From NCBI RefSeq assembly GCF_009914755.1, contig NC_060927.1: 64,000 nucleotides of DNA; one strand, written 5' to 3'. The translations under genes were made by a program, and so were the position numbers. The notes beneath the pieces were generated by a model that saw only the letters and a list, made by a program, of their open reading frames with translations, did no database searches and was not told the origin of the DNA. Source of the stretch: the human T2T-CHM13v2.0 reference genome, Homo sapiens. The number at the start of each line of letters is the position of its first letter. Position 1 is the stretch's first letter. This document shows positions 40,774 to 55,941 of this stretch, one piece after another.

Positions 40774-43700
40774 TATATAGAAACAGAAAGTAAGTTGGAG
40801 GTTGCCCAGAGTCTGGAGTACAAATGAGGACTGACTAAAGGTGGGCATGAAAAAAATTTTGGGAATGATGAAAGTATTCTAAAACTAGATTGTGATGATG
40901 GCTGCAAAACTCTGTACATTACTGATAATGAATTGAAATGAATATTTTACACAAGTGAATTTTATTATATATAAGTTGTACCTCATTAAAACTGCTAAAA
41001 ATAAATAGTGCTGCTAAGCTTATATAAGCAGCTTTTAGGTCTCAACTGTAATATTACCCCTTCAGAAATGTCTTACCTGGATACCTTCTCCAAAATATCC
41101 TTTTCATAGTTTTGTTATTATAATCTGTTTATTTTCAACTTTACCATTTACCACAAGCTGTAACTATCTTATTTATGTATTGACATACTTGTTTACTGCC
41201 TTCCTCTTCAATCAGAATGTAAGCCCCGTGAGAGTTGTTACTTTATTTCTCTTATTTACTACTTTATTCCCAAAATTTTGCACAGTGCCTGGCACAAAGA
41301 CATGGTTAACAGCCATATGTCAAAGGTATAAACAAACAGATTAATGGATGACTAGACAAATAGCTGAGTAAATAGATGAGCTATATTTGCTAAGCAAATT
41401 AGTTTCGTGTATCTTTAGGAGACACAGAATATAATCTTTCATTTTAAGAGGGGAAAAAAAACTTGCAACAGAAGGAAAATGGTATTTCCTCATGATCAAG
41501 AAAGTGGAATTCCTTCCTCAGATCAGGCATCTGAGACTTTTATTCCCAAAGAGGACACGATGCCAGAACTGAGCACAGCCAACATCCACCTCTCTTTTTC
41601 TTTAACCATCCCATTAACAAAGTTGTTTTCTCTAGAGTCTAGATCCAATTAAGAGCAAGGGTGGCAGAGAGGAGAACACTGAGGAAAGCAATGTTAAAGA
41701 TGTTTGCACACATTCCTCTGGGGGATAGAGAAAGCTTTATTGGCTTTCCTATCCCTCCTCCTCTTTTTCCCCTCCATCCCCCACCTCCTAAACTCCTTTG
41801 CAGAAGGCATCAGGACAAAGAAGCACCCAGCATTCAGCTCAGGAACAGAAAATAAATACACTGGGAATACTCCACGGTCCCTGGCTGAATACAAAGCAGT
41901 GATTCAGCAGAGAAGCTGCAACCTCAATGGGAACAGAGAGCGAGTACTGAACATAGCACCAGAAACACGAGAGAAAGAGAGAGACTGAGAGAGAGACCAT
42001 CTTAATGTTCTCACTGCGTTTTCCTCCTGAGATGTCTCCTATAATAACAGTTTAAATGCAGTAGTAAGTGAAAAGAAAAAAGAAGAGGAAATAGATTCAT
42101 AAATAATACTGCACAAAGAGAAGAAGAACACAGCAAGATCAAAAAGAAAATATCAGTATTTTTTAAAAAATTTAAGACAAGAATGAACCAGAGTCTAAAA
42201 CCAGAGTCTAGAACAGGTGATGGAAACAAATGACTAAAAAGGGAATAGAGAGAGGAAAAACAAGCAATGTACTTTATTGGTTAGTTGAGAATGAGTCAGG
42301 GAATGTGTTTCACTCATGTCCTGTGGCCCTTTGACTTCAATTATCTTGTTAAAAAGTCTGAGCTTTATTTCCACTGTGTGTAGTGGGAATAATGTGCATG
42401 TCCTCCTTTCCTCCTTTACTCGGGTCTGGTGAGGACTAATTAGGCAATGTATGTGACATGTCTTTAGAAGTTTAGAGTGCTAGATAAACAGAATGCTTTT
42501 TTGAAGTGCCTGTACATTGTTGGTGCTGAATAAACATTAAATCACACTCAAGTTTTGAGGCTGAGCAAGAGAGAGCAGTTTATAGTTCATTGGGGAAATA
42601 TTTCCATTTCATTCCAGTATTTCTAAGTTAGTGACAAAACACAAACAATTTTCCATAGTCGTACCTTCTCCAAGGGGCAATTATTGATGGAAAAAAAATC
42701 AAAGGAAGCTCTTACTAATGAAGGCTGAATGTTTTATAATCAATTGAGGGTCACAGGACAACCCAGAATACGGCAGTACATGGATAAAAAGTAGAATCCA
42801 GATAGATATGAGGCAGAAATTATAAAGAATACTTCTAGGTCTTACATAGAGACTTAGTCTTATACAGAAGAGAGGACATAGTGTGGATTAAATACCACAT
42901 TACTTACCCAATAAATTCTACAGAACCTAGTAAGTGAAATGCAGTATTGAGAGTCTTGGAATGCCAGGCTTTCCATTTTTTCTGATCGATGGAGCTCTGT
43001 ATGCAGCAAATAAGGCTGGGTGCCAGGTTTATACTCTACATATAAGGAAAACTTTGGGAGTGTGCCATTTTATTATAATTTCATTTATTCTGTATGCAGA
43101 ATTCCATTTTTCTTTCCTTTCAACTAGATTAAATACTGTAAATCACAGCTTTATTGATAGGAAAGGAGGTATCTGCATTACTCTTAAAAATGTCATCTCC
43201 AAGAGGCCAACTTCACTAGAAGTTGAAGAAGGAAAAAAAAAAAAAAGAGAGTGGAGTTTGCCAAGCCAAATAAATTGTCTACCGTGCAGGGGCTGGGCAT
43301 TTAGATCTGATGGTGCCTCTAAATCATAAAACATTTGTTAAGTCATCAACTCAGGAAATGCAATTATCACCCAAAATTAGCAAGAAAGTAGTTTTAAAAC
43401 AATTGCTCACCTGTAACGAACAGCATAGTGAGGTTATATGCTCACCTTTGATATTTTCATTGACCCTTCATGTTTCACCATCCCCTATTTACTTATGACA
43501 AGGGAAAAATAGATCCTCTATTGTCAACCTTTACCTTTGGCCATGTAACCATAGAATGAGTCATTGCAACAAATATACTTCATTCTGTACATACCATTAA
43601 AAGAAATTATTGAGCACCTGCTACCTGTTCAACCCTGGCCCAGGCAACACGTGGAACATGGAAGATAAGGGTTAGTGGAAATAGTACTGATGCAAATATG

Positions 43701-44435
43701 GCTCTGCTAACAACTAGTTGTTTGACCATAGAAAAGTCATTTTTTCTTGGAGTTTTACCTCTTCTTCTTTAAAATGCAGAGAATGTGATATACTTGGGTG
43801 AGTATGTCAATAAAAATATTGATTGAAATGTTACTCAGACCAAGTTACTCCTGTAATCTCTAACCGTCTATGACTTAGGGAGCTTAAAATCTGGTTGAAG
43901 ATACAGAACTAAAATGCAGAAAACTATCAGCAAACATAAGCACAAAATTGATACTGCCTATAAGTCCATAAATAATAAATAAATTAATTAATTAGAGGGG
44001 AAAACAATAAAGATGAAAAAATTAATGTTTTTTGAGAGGAGGATGGGCTTAAAAAGAGTAAAATTTAGGTAAATAGATGGGAAAAAAACCATACATCCTA
44101 AAGCAAAAAAAAAAAATTAATACACACAAAAGGAAAGATGGACTTGATATATCAGGAAACATTCCTAACAAAAAGAGAGGGTGAGTATGAGAGAGAGATA
44201 CTTTAAGACCTGATGGTGCCTTTAAATTGAGGCTGATGCAACAAAAACTGGAGGCCAATTTTAGTTTATTGAGCAAAAATAGAAAAGAAAAAGAAACAGA
44301 TGAAAAGGTAAGTTTAAAAAAGAATATAAATAGTTGTGAAAATCTAAAAGGCTAGACTATAAACTCCATCTCATTCACTGCTCATCACCAGTACTCAACT
44401 GAGTGCCTACCAGAAAGTAAGAACTCAACACATGA

Positions 44436-44709
44436 GGCCGGGCGCCATGGCTAACGCCTGTAATTTCAGCACTTTGGGAGACCGAGCCGGGTGGATCACT
44501 TGAGGTCAGGAGCTCAAGACCAGTCTGGCCAATATGGTGAAACCCCATCTCTACTAAAAATACAAAAACTAATCTCAGCTACTTGGGACGATGAGACAGC
44601 AGAATCACTTGAACCCGGGAGGTGGAGGTTGCAGTGAGCTGAGATCACGCCACTGCACTCCAGCCTGGGCAATAAAGGCGAAACTCCGTCTCAAAAAAAA
44701 AAAAAAAAA
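44436..44709 (+). mobile_element. AluS with a deletion at the start of the right arm
   Basis: tacaaaaac joined directly to taatctcagctac; 17-bp TSD aagaactcaacacatga. Confidence 0.9.
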
Positions 44710-45333
44710 AAGAACTCAACACATGAAAAGACCGAGGTTGGTAATACAGTCATGCACTGATAAGGATTTGGAATAGAATGATAGCAGTGGGAATAAAAAA
44801 GCACCATTACTTAGAAACAGCTCATTAAATTTACCAAGTGTAAAGAAAAATAAAGGCAAAATAATTAATAATAAAACCCAAACAGCATTGCAGCACAATA
44901 GGGAAACCAAATCTGAAATGTGAATACATCATCTGTGGCTGCCTGTATCTTCTCTCTTTGTCCTGAACCCTGGGGCCATCATCTTACCATATTTCCTAAC
45001 TCTGTAACAACATGGTGCTGTCAACAGCATAGTGAGGTTATACGTAATGGTAAAGAATTATAAGCCGAAGTAGACTATAGTATGGGGGAGTGTAATTATT
45101 ATTATTAATACTAATCTGCCTCAAGGTTAAAAAAAAAAAAGTCTGCCAAGAAACTTGAAAACAAAAATCTCCTGGGGTTTTTCTGGTAGCATACAACCTG
45201 AGACTGATTTATTCTATTTATTGTGTCCTCACTTCCTTATGAAATGCCTGCATTTCTATTAATTCTCTATCTTCGTTCATTCATTCATTTATTCATTCAA
45301 GTGTCATTGCAACCCTTAAGACTCAGCTCTTTC

Positions 45334-45645
<312 letters not shown>

Positions 45646-45797
45646 CAAGACTCAGCTCTTTCATTAAACATGTCCATAGAAACACATCAGCTCACGGCAT
45701 TTTTTGAATAGCCATCAGAGCTACAATTAGAAACAAACTGTTTTTATTGTTACTTAATGTTTTATTTGTACAGGTTCCTTGAGGGACTAGAACATGT

Positions 45798-45969
45798 ATA
45801 GATCCAGATTTTTGTGGGGCTTGCAATTTTTACAGTGTGAAGTCTTTCTCTTAAAAAAATAAATACAAAACGATAAATTAAAAATAAGAGCTATTTAGAG
45901 GTAAACCCTCGGAATGGCCCGTGCAAGTAAGGAGCTCCAAAGCTAAGCTTCCCTGTAAATCCACTTCTG
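45798..45969. mobile_element. Possible hAT-Tip100 (Arthur1-like) fragment
   Basis: gatccagatttttgtggggc...gctaagcttc..gtaaatccacttctg resembles Tip100-family termini as I recall them. Confidence 0.45.
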
Positions 45970-46440
45970 TTGAACATTTATTTAATCCTCATAGAATTTC
46001 CAGCAGAGGGCTAGGCATACTAACTACCCATGTTACACACTCTCTCTCTTGGCAATTTCATCAAACTCACAGTTTAAACTATACCCTAATAGGAAAACAG
46101 CTGATGTTCCCAGGTAACTCAGAGCATTCTCTTAATCAGGTCCTCAGAGTCACTTGTCAATGGGCTCTACCTGAATACCTGATAGTCTTTCAAACTCAAT
46201 TTAGTCAATGAAATTAATCTTACTTTGAAAATCTACCATTTCATTCCATATGTCTTTTTGTATTTGTTCCCCATCTTTGCCATGTATTTCCATTTACGCT
46301 CTACTTTATTTACTTAGGACTCTCCGTCTCTCTACCCTCCTGCCAGCCTTCTTATGTGAATTTCCTACCTATATTTGAACTGAACATATCATTACCTGGT
46401 CTAGAATTGTCTGCAAATTTCTTTATTAAGAAGATCTTTT

Positions 46441-46682
<242 letters not shown>

Positions 46683-49600
46683 CTAATTTTCTTAACTGTT
46701 TTTAAGGAAATGTCCACTTTTTAAAAAACCTACCATGTATTTAGAAAAAAATGCATTTTTCATTATACAAGAGACTACACAGACTCAAAAAAGAGTAATA
46801 CATTTATGTTTGAGATATGTAATGTCTACATATAATGCTTAGTGTGTATATGGAAGTTTGGAACCTTTGTACTAATCCTGGAGCTCCCCAGGAACCTATG
46901 GCTTGGGAACTGACTGCCTAAAGCTTTTCTCTTGGGACTAAAATTGAGTGAAACTGTACTTTATTTTCAAGAAATGAACTCTGACATATTTAGGACTTCA
47001 TTAGATAATTCTTAGGATCCCTTGCATTATCTTTTAAGAAGCCCCATTTTTATTTTAATATCCATAGATGTTTCCACTGGGAATTTGTGACATTCTTGGG
47101 AATATTTTCAGCTTTACAGACAGATAACTAACTTTGGGATGGGGGTATTAGTGTTTTACTGAAATCCTGATATCTGATCCTTCCCTAATCTGTTAGTTCC
47201 TAAACTCTGTCTACCTTTTCACTCTTTTTGTAAGTCCTCAATTTTCTTTGTTTGGGCTTTCTGAGCTATTTCAAAACTGTTACCCAAAATGCTATATTAT
47301 ATATTTAACAGTTGCCTGGCCCCACAGACAAAGCTGTGCATAAATGCTTCTTTCACTGTAAATACTGCTAAGGCAATGATGAGGTAATTAGCTAAGTACA
47401 TGTCAGCTCTACAGGAAAGAGACTGGTTTCATACTCTGATAATTGCTGTTTAAAAGTTTTAACAGTTGCACTTTTAGGTAAATTAAAGTCACTTTACAAA
47501 AAGAGATAAAATAGTGAACCATGCATACAAATAGTAAGAAAGCAAAATACTGGTGTTGGAGAAAGAAATTGGGTTCAGCAAGAGGTGGAGATATATTCAG
47601 TAAAATAATTGACAGATGACTGCCATTTGTTGGTTGACCTCATATTTTGTGGAAGAAAAGTGGTTTTTTTTAATTATAAGAACAGAAAACCAGAAATGCA
47701 AATTATTTTGCTTCATTATTGCTGATGAGTGCACTTGATATGAAAAGTAAAGAAGTCACACAAACAAAGCATTCCTCAATTTAGAAATAACAGATTTACT
47801 TATAGGCAAATAATGTCTACATACGACCACCGCCACTACATTCTACTGAGATCATCTCTGATGATACTGTGGGAATCAGTAGAGAGAAGGATTACATCAG
47901 ATATCTAGGGAGATGGCTGAGTTCCGGCAGGGTTCAGAGGGAGCAAAAATTGCAGAGGGTCAAGGCCTGGGATAACACAGGCCTTGGAGTAGGAAGACAG
48001 CCAATATGAGACATGGATTTGCAGACGACATCATGTTTTACTCTTTGGGGGAGTAAAGAGTTTGAACCATATTGACCAAGAGGTTGACAACAGGTAAAGA
48101 TATCATGGTTAATATAAGAGACCCTGTTTTCATAATTTCCTAATTCAGATGGTAGCAAAATGTTCAGTTAGAAATGAGATATACAGTGGGAATTAAAACT
48201 GTAGTGTAGACTTCAGGCAAAAGTATATCAACACGTGTGGCAAAGTAATAGAGGGAATTAGAAGACGTAAGAGATGAGGTCAGCATTTGACCTGATTAAT
48301 CTTATGCATGTGTATGAAGCTGGCTGATGTTAAAAGTAACTCTCTGAGACCAGATTTGTCTTGATACTGCTCTACCCAGAAAGATGAAAGGCCTAAATAG
48401 ATCTTCAGTCTTAATGATATACAGTCCCTCTCTTTTGATATGTTTGCAAATTCTCCAGTGGGAAGAAAATAATAGAGGCATGAATATTAAAACACACTGA
48501 AAATTATTAGAGAACATATTTCCAAATGAAATTCTTCATAAGCAAAGTAATAATAGAATTCCATTAAAAAAATCCAAAATAAACTAGAGAGGGAATTCAG
48601 AATATCACATAATTATGAAATATAAGTACTAGCAGAGACCTGAGAAATCACCCATTTCAATCTTCTACTCCATAAAGATGTTTTTATTTTTGTTTTTATT
48701 TTAATAATATTTCCTAATAGAGGTCTACTTAAATACTAAAATAGATGAAAATGTAGTTCCTTAACAGGAAAGCCATTCCATTTGGCAGAAGAGAAACTTG
48801 ACATTTACAAAATAAATACACCTATATCCAAAGATATGCCTAAATATAATTATAGATACTTCTAATTCCTTCTTATAATGAACTTCTTAGGTGAGAAGTT
48901 TAATATCATTATTATAATTTTTATTTTATAAAGAACCAGAGGCTTAGTAGGGATAAATAATTTATCAATGTTTGCAGAGCTGGTAATTGATAGGGGGATA
49001 CTTAGAGCTAGGTCTTCTGGCCCAGAAACTGTGTTATTTCTACTATGCCATTTGAATGGTCATTTTTATGTCATTCAACTAGATTTGCTTATTTAATTAA
49101 ATTATGTCCTATTTAAATTATAAACTACCATATTTTTTCTTTCTTTCTGTTTTTCATCTTCCTTTCTTCTTTTTTGAATGAGATTTGGTATAATCACAAA
49201 TACACATAAATAACTTTTTTTTAACATTAACTAAAATTTTCTTCCCTATAGTTTTCATCCATATTTACCTTATAATTCCATCAACAAACACCTCAGCTAT
49301 CCCCTTATCTTTGTCTCATACACATGATGGAAAATTTGCTTCCTATGGTTTTATCCAAGTGTTGATCCTGGCCTGAGAGAGAATGAGAGAGACCTCTATC
49401 ACTATCAATCAGTATTATTTTGGCGTAATTGCTTGAGAAAAAAAAATCTAGCTCATTTTTGACCCATAATATATTAATAAGTCTATTGGAAGCCTGTTGA
49501 AGTACAGATACTCAAAGTAAATGGCATTTCCTTGATCCAACAGCCTGGAATTATATTTGCTCATTTAAAAAAAATCTATTTGCCACGCTATACTTTGTTC

Positions 49601-52600
49601 CCAGGGAACATATGTTGGCTTCTAGTGATCACTGCTTTCTTTTCAAAATCTATTTAACACTACATTCTAGCACGTAGGCTTTTGGTGGGTAGAGTGATTT
49701 AATATGATTTTCCCCTTGTAGTTATAATTAGGACAATATTTTACATCACCATTATGAAACTGTTTCTGTTTTCTACAGATTTTCTAATGTTAGTAATAGT
49801 GTTTGTATAATTATGCTCTCAAGTTATATTAGTGCCCTGGATATAATGCATATCAGTCTTACAGCTGAACTTGTTTATATTATTCTAATCACGTCTTCAT
49901 ATGCCCTGGATTTTAAAAATTGCAAAGGGTATAATAGCATAATTTTGAGAATTTCACTTGGTAAACATTATTCTTCTCTTCCAGTGGACACCAGTCATCT
50001 TCATTAAGCATGCTCATTAACAAATCACTAGATCTCTTTGTGACTTTGAAAGAGAATAGAAATTTAGTATGGACTTGGAATCACAAATTCAAAGAATTAA
50101 ATTATATTTTTAAAAAATACAGTTATTTTTCCTTCAGCTAAGGCAGCATTAATTTTTGTCCTATAATAGCAAATAGAAAAAGAAAGTGTTAGATTTCCTT
50201 TTGCTTTTTATGAACTATATGATTGCCAAGATCTAATAGAAACAAAAAACATTGTCTGACTCCCTTTACAATATAATCTTAGCACCTTGCATGATTAATT
50301 AAAAATAAAACATACTAATCAAAAAAATTACGGTAGCCATTGTGTGATGCCTCTTATATATCGTATCTGTTTACATGCTTGATACCCTTAAAAATTTGGT
50401 TTTCTGTATAAGTGATGCAACAAATTAATTAGGTTCCTATTAAAGTGTGACGTGACCCAAGTTCAAAGTAATATTCATGTCCATATTTTGTGTACGTAAA
50501 TTTTATGTACATATAAAAATCACATTTATGCTTTTACTTTTTTACATATAATTATAAATATATACAAAAATAAAAATAAAGTTAAGGTCTTGTATTCAAA
50601 TACAGTCACACTATATAGATTAAATATATTCATGATACAAATTAATTATACTTCATAACAGATCCTGTACAAATACATACTCTTAGAAGAATTAGATTTT
50701 GAGTTCTGTTTTATTTTTATGCAAGAATGAAGGCATTAATGTAAACATATTTTTAAAGTTTTCTATATTATGATATTTATAATATAATTTAGGATTTTTT
50801 TAAAAAATTGTGCATATTATCATTCTATCTATAACTTCTGGCATTTCTTCTTCTTGTGAATGTAGCTATATTCAAAAACGTAAAGCCACTTCACCAGACC
50901 AACATCTTTGCTTATAAGACAAGTAGGAGTTGGAACAATGGAAGCTAATTCCCAACTTTACACAGTAATGGTTTTTGCAGAACTAAAGGCTAAATTTTTT
51001 CATGCCCAATCTAGAGGTTTATCCAATCAAGTAATATCTTGTAGTCTTTAAGCAGTTGATTGTTGTGGTGATGATCAGTGCATCATATTAGTGCCAAAAG
51101 AGATAGAACAGAGGTCAGAAAGAGAGACAAAGAAAAAAATCCATTCTCCTGCTAAGTTAATGATTCAGCAATATAGAATGCTGATCTTTAGATATGCTTA
51201 TACAATTACATCATGAACTTGTATAAGGTGACAGTGATCTTTAGTTATCTCAAAACAAACACCAGCTACAAATTGGCAACCATATGTGGCTTACGTCTCA
51301 CAAAATGAACAGCCCTAACACACATATGCTAGAGTGAGGTGTGTGTAATGACACAAAACAATCAGAAGTCAGGAAACAAATTATGTTCCCCAGTCATTGT
51401 TTTCACATGTAGATACTTACTATGCATGACTTAGTGTTAGGCTGCATCACTTTATTTTTTTAATATTTTGTTTCTAGTAGGATAGGGTGGCAAATAGTAG
51501 CATAACTAAAGTACAACTTTAGAAAGGATAGAATTAATTTTAGACAAATTATAGAGATTCAATATAGAGATGCATCATTAGACAATTACAATAGAATAAA
51601 CAGTAATGCATTATTTTATGGAAAGCTAGGTTGCATTTTTCCTCATGGTTATTGGTTTCCCTCCTATCTCACATAAATAATACCCTTGTACATTAGGGAA
51701 AGATATACAGAAGGAAATTTGGGATTATTGCAAACTCCACTGAACATTCCAGCGTTAATTTTTCCAGGAATGTGTAATGAGCTCTAAGATGCAATGCCCA
51801 GGTAAGCATCACTATCAGTATGAATAACCAGTTTTAGTCAAATAAATGTAAGTGATATGCACATTGCCTCATTTCAAAAGAAACTAGAATGGATCGGTGG
51901 AGATGAATATACCTGTTGCACACAATCCTGCTATTTAAGTAACTCCCAAATCCCCTATTTAATCCCTGAAAATTCACAGTCACCCCTAGAGGGAGAAAGC
52001 CACCTAGCTCTCCAGGAAGGTAGATTCCTTCTTCTCAGAGCTACCCAGGATACTGACCTCTTCACAGATATCTCACTTCAGGGCCATTGAGTGATTCCTT
52101 GTTCTGTCAGAAACTACTATTTTACCTAAGAAAGGGGCATGCTTTGTCTAGGTCCCTATGTCTGTAACTCTGAAGCTTTGGGATCCTTCCCAAAATACCC
52201 CCATTTGCCCTTCTCATTTTCCAAAAAAATAAAATTCCTGAAAAGAATAACTGCAATGGGAAATATTGAAGGTATTTCTAACCAAATCTCTTTACCGTAC
52301 CAATAATCAGAGAATTATCTATCTCTGATTTTATGACTAGACCCTCTTCAACCCCACATCCACAATTACTCCAGTGGTGGCTGACTTCACCAAAATATCT
52401 TCCTTCAGTCTGATCTTCTTCTAATGTGTTTCCTCTTTTATAAATCAACTTTAGTCAGCTTGATTTATAGTACAACCATCTTTCTCTGTTCAATTCAGTA
52501 GGCAAATATTTATTTGAGCATCCACGGGTACTGAGCTAAATTCTGGGATGAAAAGGTAAAGCAAATGAAATGCCTATATTTCAGGCAAGACACAAGTAAA

Positions 52601-52802
52601 CAAGATGTTTTTAAGACATGTAGTAAATGCAAAGTTTAAAGTATTCAGAGAGGCTAGTGGTGATAATAAACAGGATACTTAGCTTAGCTTGGGACAATTT
52701 AGGAGGATTTCCTGAATGCGCCAGAACTGAGACTTAAGTCTTGAAGGAGGAGCAAAGAGGTAACTAGTAAAGATGTTTGGTGGAGTGAGGGGTAGAAGGA
52801 GA

Positions 52803-53074
52803 AGGAGTCTTGCTCTGTTGCTAGACTGGAGTGCAGTGGCGCGATCTCGGCTCACTGAAACTCTGCCTCCCAGGTTCAAGCCATTCTCCTGCCTCGGCCT
52901 CTGAGTAGCTAGGGCTACAGGCGTGCACCACCAGGCCCAGCCAATTTTTGTATTTTTAGTAGAGACAGGGTGCCACCACATTGGCCAGGATGGTCTCGAT
53001 CTCTTGACCTTGTGATCCGCCAGCCTCAGCCTCCCAAAGTGTTGGGATTACAGCGTGAGCCACTGCGCTCGGCC
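52803..53074 (-). mobile_element. AluSc without a poly(A) tail, adjacent to an L2 relic
   Basis: Antisense Alu body with Sc diagnostics; abuts gaaggagaag instead of a T-tail. Confidence 0.88.
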
Positions 53075-54295
53075 GGGGCTTTGACTTTATGCTGTGGATG
53101 TTCTTTGAAGGATCGAGTGACATTTTTAGATGAATACTGGAAAACAACAGGCCTTGCATAGGTCATCTCAGGTCCTTCATTCTGCCAACTCCATGAAGTC
53201 TGGAAGTTCTAAGTAGACTGAAGATGTGATCTGGTAAACTTAACCAAAGCAGGAAGAAGCACTAGTTCAGTTCTTACTTAATGTCAGACCTTTGTCTCCA
53301 TCTTTTCCCCACAGAGCTAGACCAGGTTTTATGATCTGAGATTATACAGTAAGAGTTTTAAAAGATAGAGCTCCGTGCTCTGAGATTAACCTTCAAGTCA
53401 TCCCTGGGTTACTATAGCTTTGGTACAGAGCTTCAGCTCTAAAAACTGGGACCCTCTCTTTTACTCCTTAACTAGGTTACCCATCTTGGTAATGTGCTCA
53501 GGTCTAAGTCCCTAATTCCTGAGGACTCAAGTTCAAGTCAGCTCTTGTCCCAAGGACTCTGTTCCTTTCCTGAACTCCTGGGGCTTGTAACTGAGTCTTC
53601 ACCATCAGCTGATAACCTCCGTGTCACCCCTGCCTGCCTCCCTATGGGACTACCTAGGGGGTGCTGGCCTGTTATTTCTCCTTATTCTGCTTTGTCCTTC
53701 TCTTGATAAGACCTGGATATCTCTGCCTCCACCTCTCACTCTCACTGCTCAGAAAACCTCAAGAGATCTTGTCCTGCGTGCCACACCAGAAACCACTAGA
53801 CACCTGCAAAAGGGCTTTTTGCACACTGTCTTCACCACTCAGGAGCCAGAGCTGGATCTATACCCAGTTCCTCCCAATTGGCCACCATCAGCTTCATTGT
53901 TAGCCCAAGGTAAATTTTGTATCTATTGGGGGAAAAAAGTTCTGCCTTCCTCAAAGGATCTTAAATAATAAATCTACAAGGACTATAATGAGTAGAGAAC
54001 CTCTTGAGGGTGTTCAAAGAATATCTACATCCATCCTAATCAGGGTCCCTCTGAGAGGGACAGTGGTAGGAAACTTAACCAGGCAGAAGTTCATAAATAA
54101 CAATAAGAAGGCAGCAGGTTTAGAAACTCGGCTGTAGTAAATGGGAGAAAGGGTCAAATTCAGATGAGAAGACTGAGTAACAGGCAGAGGTACCAGAAAA
54201 AAAGAGGAAAAGAATTTTCTTAAAAGGGGGCCGGGGTTGTGAGGAACAAGTGATCCTTATAGAGGTTCTACCAAATGCAAAAACAGCTTTGGGAA

Positions 54296-55640
54296 TGATC
54301 GTTGACAAAGCAAACAAAAACGTAAAGTGGGGAAAGGACACCCTTTTCAGCAAATGGTCCTGGGATAACTGGCTAGAATGAAACTGGATCTTCATCTCTC
54401 AACTTATACAAAAATCAACTCAAGATGGATTAAGGACTTAAACTTAAGACCTGAAGCTACAAAAATTCTAGAAGGTGACATTGGAAAAACCTTTCCAGAC
54501 ATTGGCTTAGGCAAGGATTTTATGACCCAAAACCCAAAAGCAATTGCAATAAAAACAAAGATAAATAGCTGGGACCTAATTAAGCCAAAGAGCTTTGCAC
54601 AGCAAAAGGAACAGTCAGCAGAGCAAACAGACAACCCACAGACTGGGAGAAAATCTTCACAATCTATACATCTGACAAAGGACTGATATCTAGAATCTAC
54701 AGTGACCTCAAACAAATCAGTAAGAAAAAATCCCATCAAAAAGTGGGCTAAGGATGTGAATAGACAATTCTCAAAAGAAGATATACAAATGGCCAACAAA
54801 CATATGAAAGAATGCTCAACATTACTAATGAAAATCAAAACTACAATGTGATACCACCTTACTCCTCCAAGAATGGCCATACTCAAAGAATCAAAACACA
54901 ATAGATGCTGGCATGGATGCAGCAATCAGGGAACACTTCTACACTGCTGGTGGGAATGTAAACTAGTACAGCCACTATGGAAAACAGTGTGGAGATTCCT
55001 TAAAGAACTAAAACTAGAACTACCATTTGATCCAGCAATCCCATTACTGGATATCTGCCCAGAGGAAAAGAAGTCATTATTCGAAAAAGATACTTGCACA
55101 CGCATGTTTCATGCATGTTTATAGCAGCACAATTCACAACTGCAAAATTGTGAAGCCAACCCAAATGCCCATTAATCAACAAGTAGATAAAGAAAGTGTG
55201 GCATATATATATATGCATATATATATATGTGTATATATATGTGTGTGTATATATATATATGTGTATATATATATATATACACACACACAATGGAATACTA
55301 AGCCATAAAAAGGAATGAATTAACAGCATTTGCAATGACCTGGATGAGACTGGAGACTATTATTCTAAATGAAGTAACTCAGGAATGTAAAACCAAACAT
55401 CATATGTTCTCACTGATATGTGGGAGCTAAGCTATGAGGACACAAAGGCATAAGAATGATACAATAGACTTTGGGGACTTGGGGGAAGGGGGGCGAGGAA
55501 TAAAAGACAACAAATATGGTTCAGTGTATACTGCTCGGGTGATGGGTGCAGCAGGATCTCACAAATCACCACTAAAGAAGTTACTCATGTAAGCAAATAC
55601 CACCTGTATCCCAATAACTTATGGAAAAAAAAATAATAAA
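54296..55640 (+). mobile_element. 5'-truncated L1MA/L1PB-type element (ORF2 3' part + 3' UTR)
   Basis: ORFs 54378 and 54873 are ORF2 fragments ([27 protein letters not shown]); L1MA-type 3' UTR and A-tail; internal (TA)n/(CA)n at 55203-55288. Confidence 0.92.
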
Positions 55641-55796
55641 AACCAATAAGCTGGAAGCTGCAAGTGGAGGAAGGAAAACCCATGTGGTACAGACAGATAG
55701 TAGACATGTGCAAGATGGGACATTTCCTTGAAACAAATCCTCCTTGACCAGCACTAACTGGATGATCCTCCACAGGTAAATGCAGATTTGATTTAC

Positions 55797-55941
55797 AGGG
55801 AGAAGAGAGAGGGAAAAGGGGAGAGGAAGGAGAGAGGAGAAGGGAGGAGAGAAGGCAAGAGGGAAGAATTGGAGGGAGGAGGAAGGGAGAGAAGGGAAGG
55901 GGAGAGGAGAGAAAAGGAGAGGAAGGAAGAGGAGAGAAAGA
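55797..55941. repeat. GA-rich polypurine tract
   Basis: About 145 nt almost entirely G/A. Confidence 0.9.

Noticed and set aside
50484-50520. Short AT-rich palindromes (also at ~41008-41020 and ~22661-22690)
   Set aside because: Expected by chance in AT-rich DNA; too short for a pre-miRNA or MITE call.
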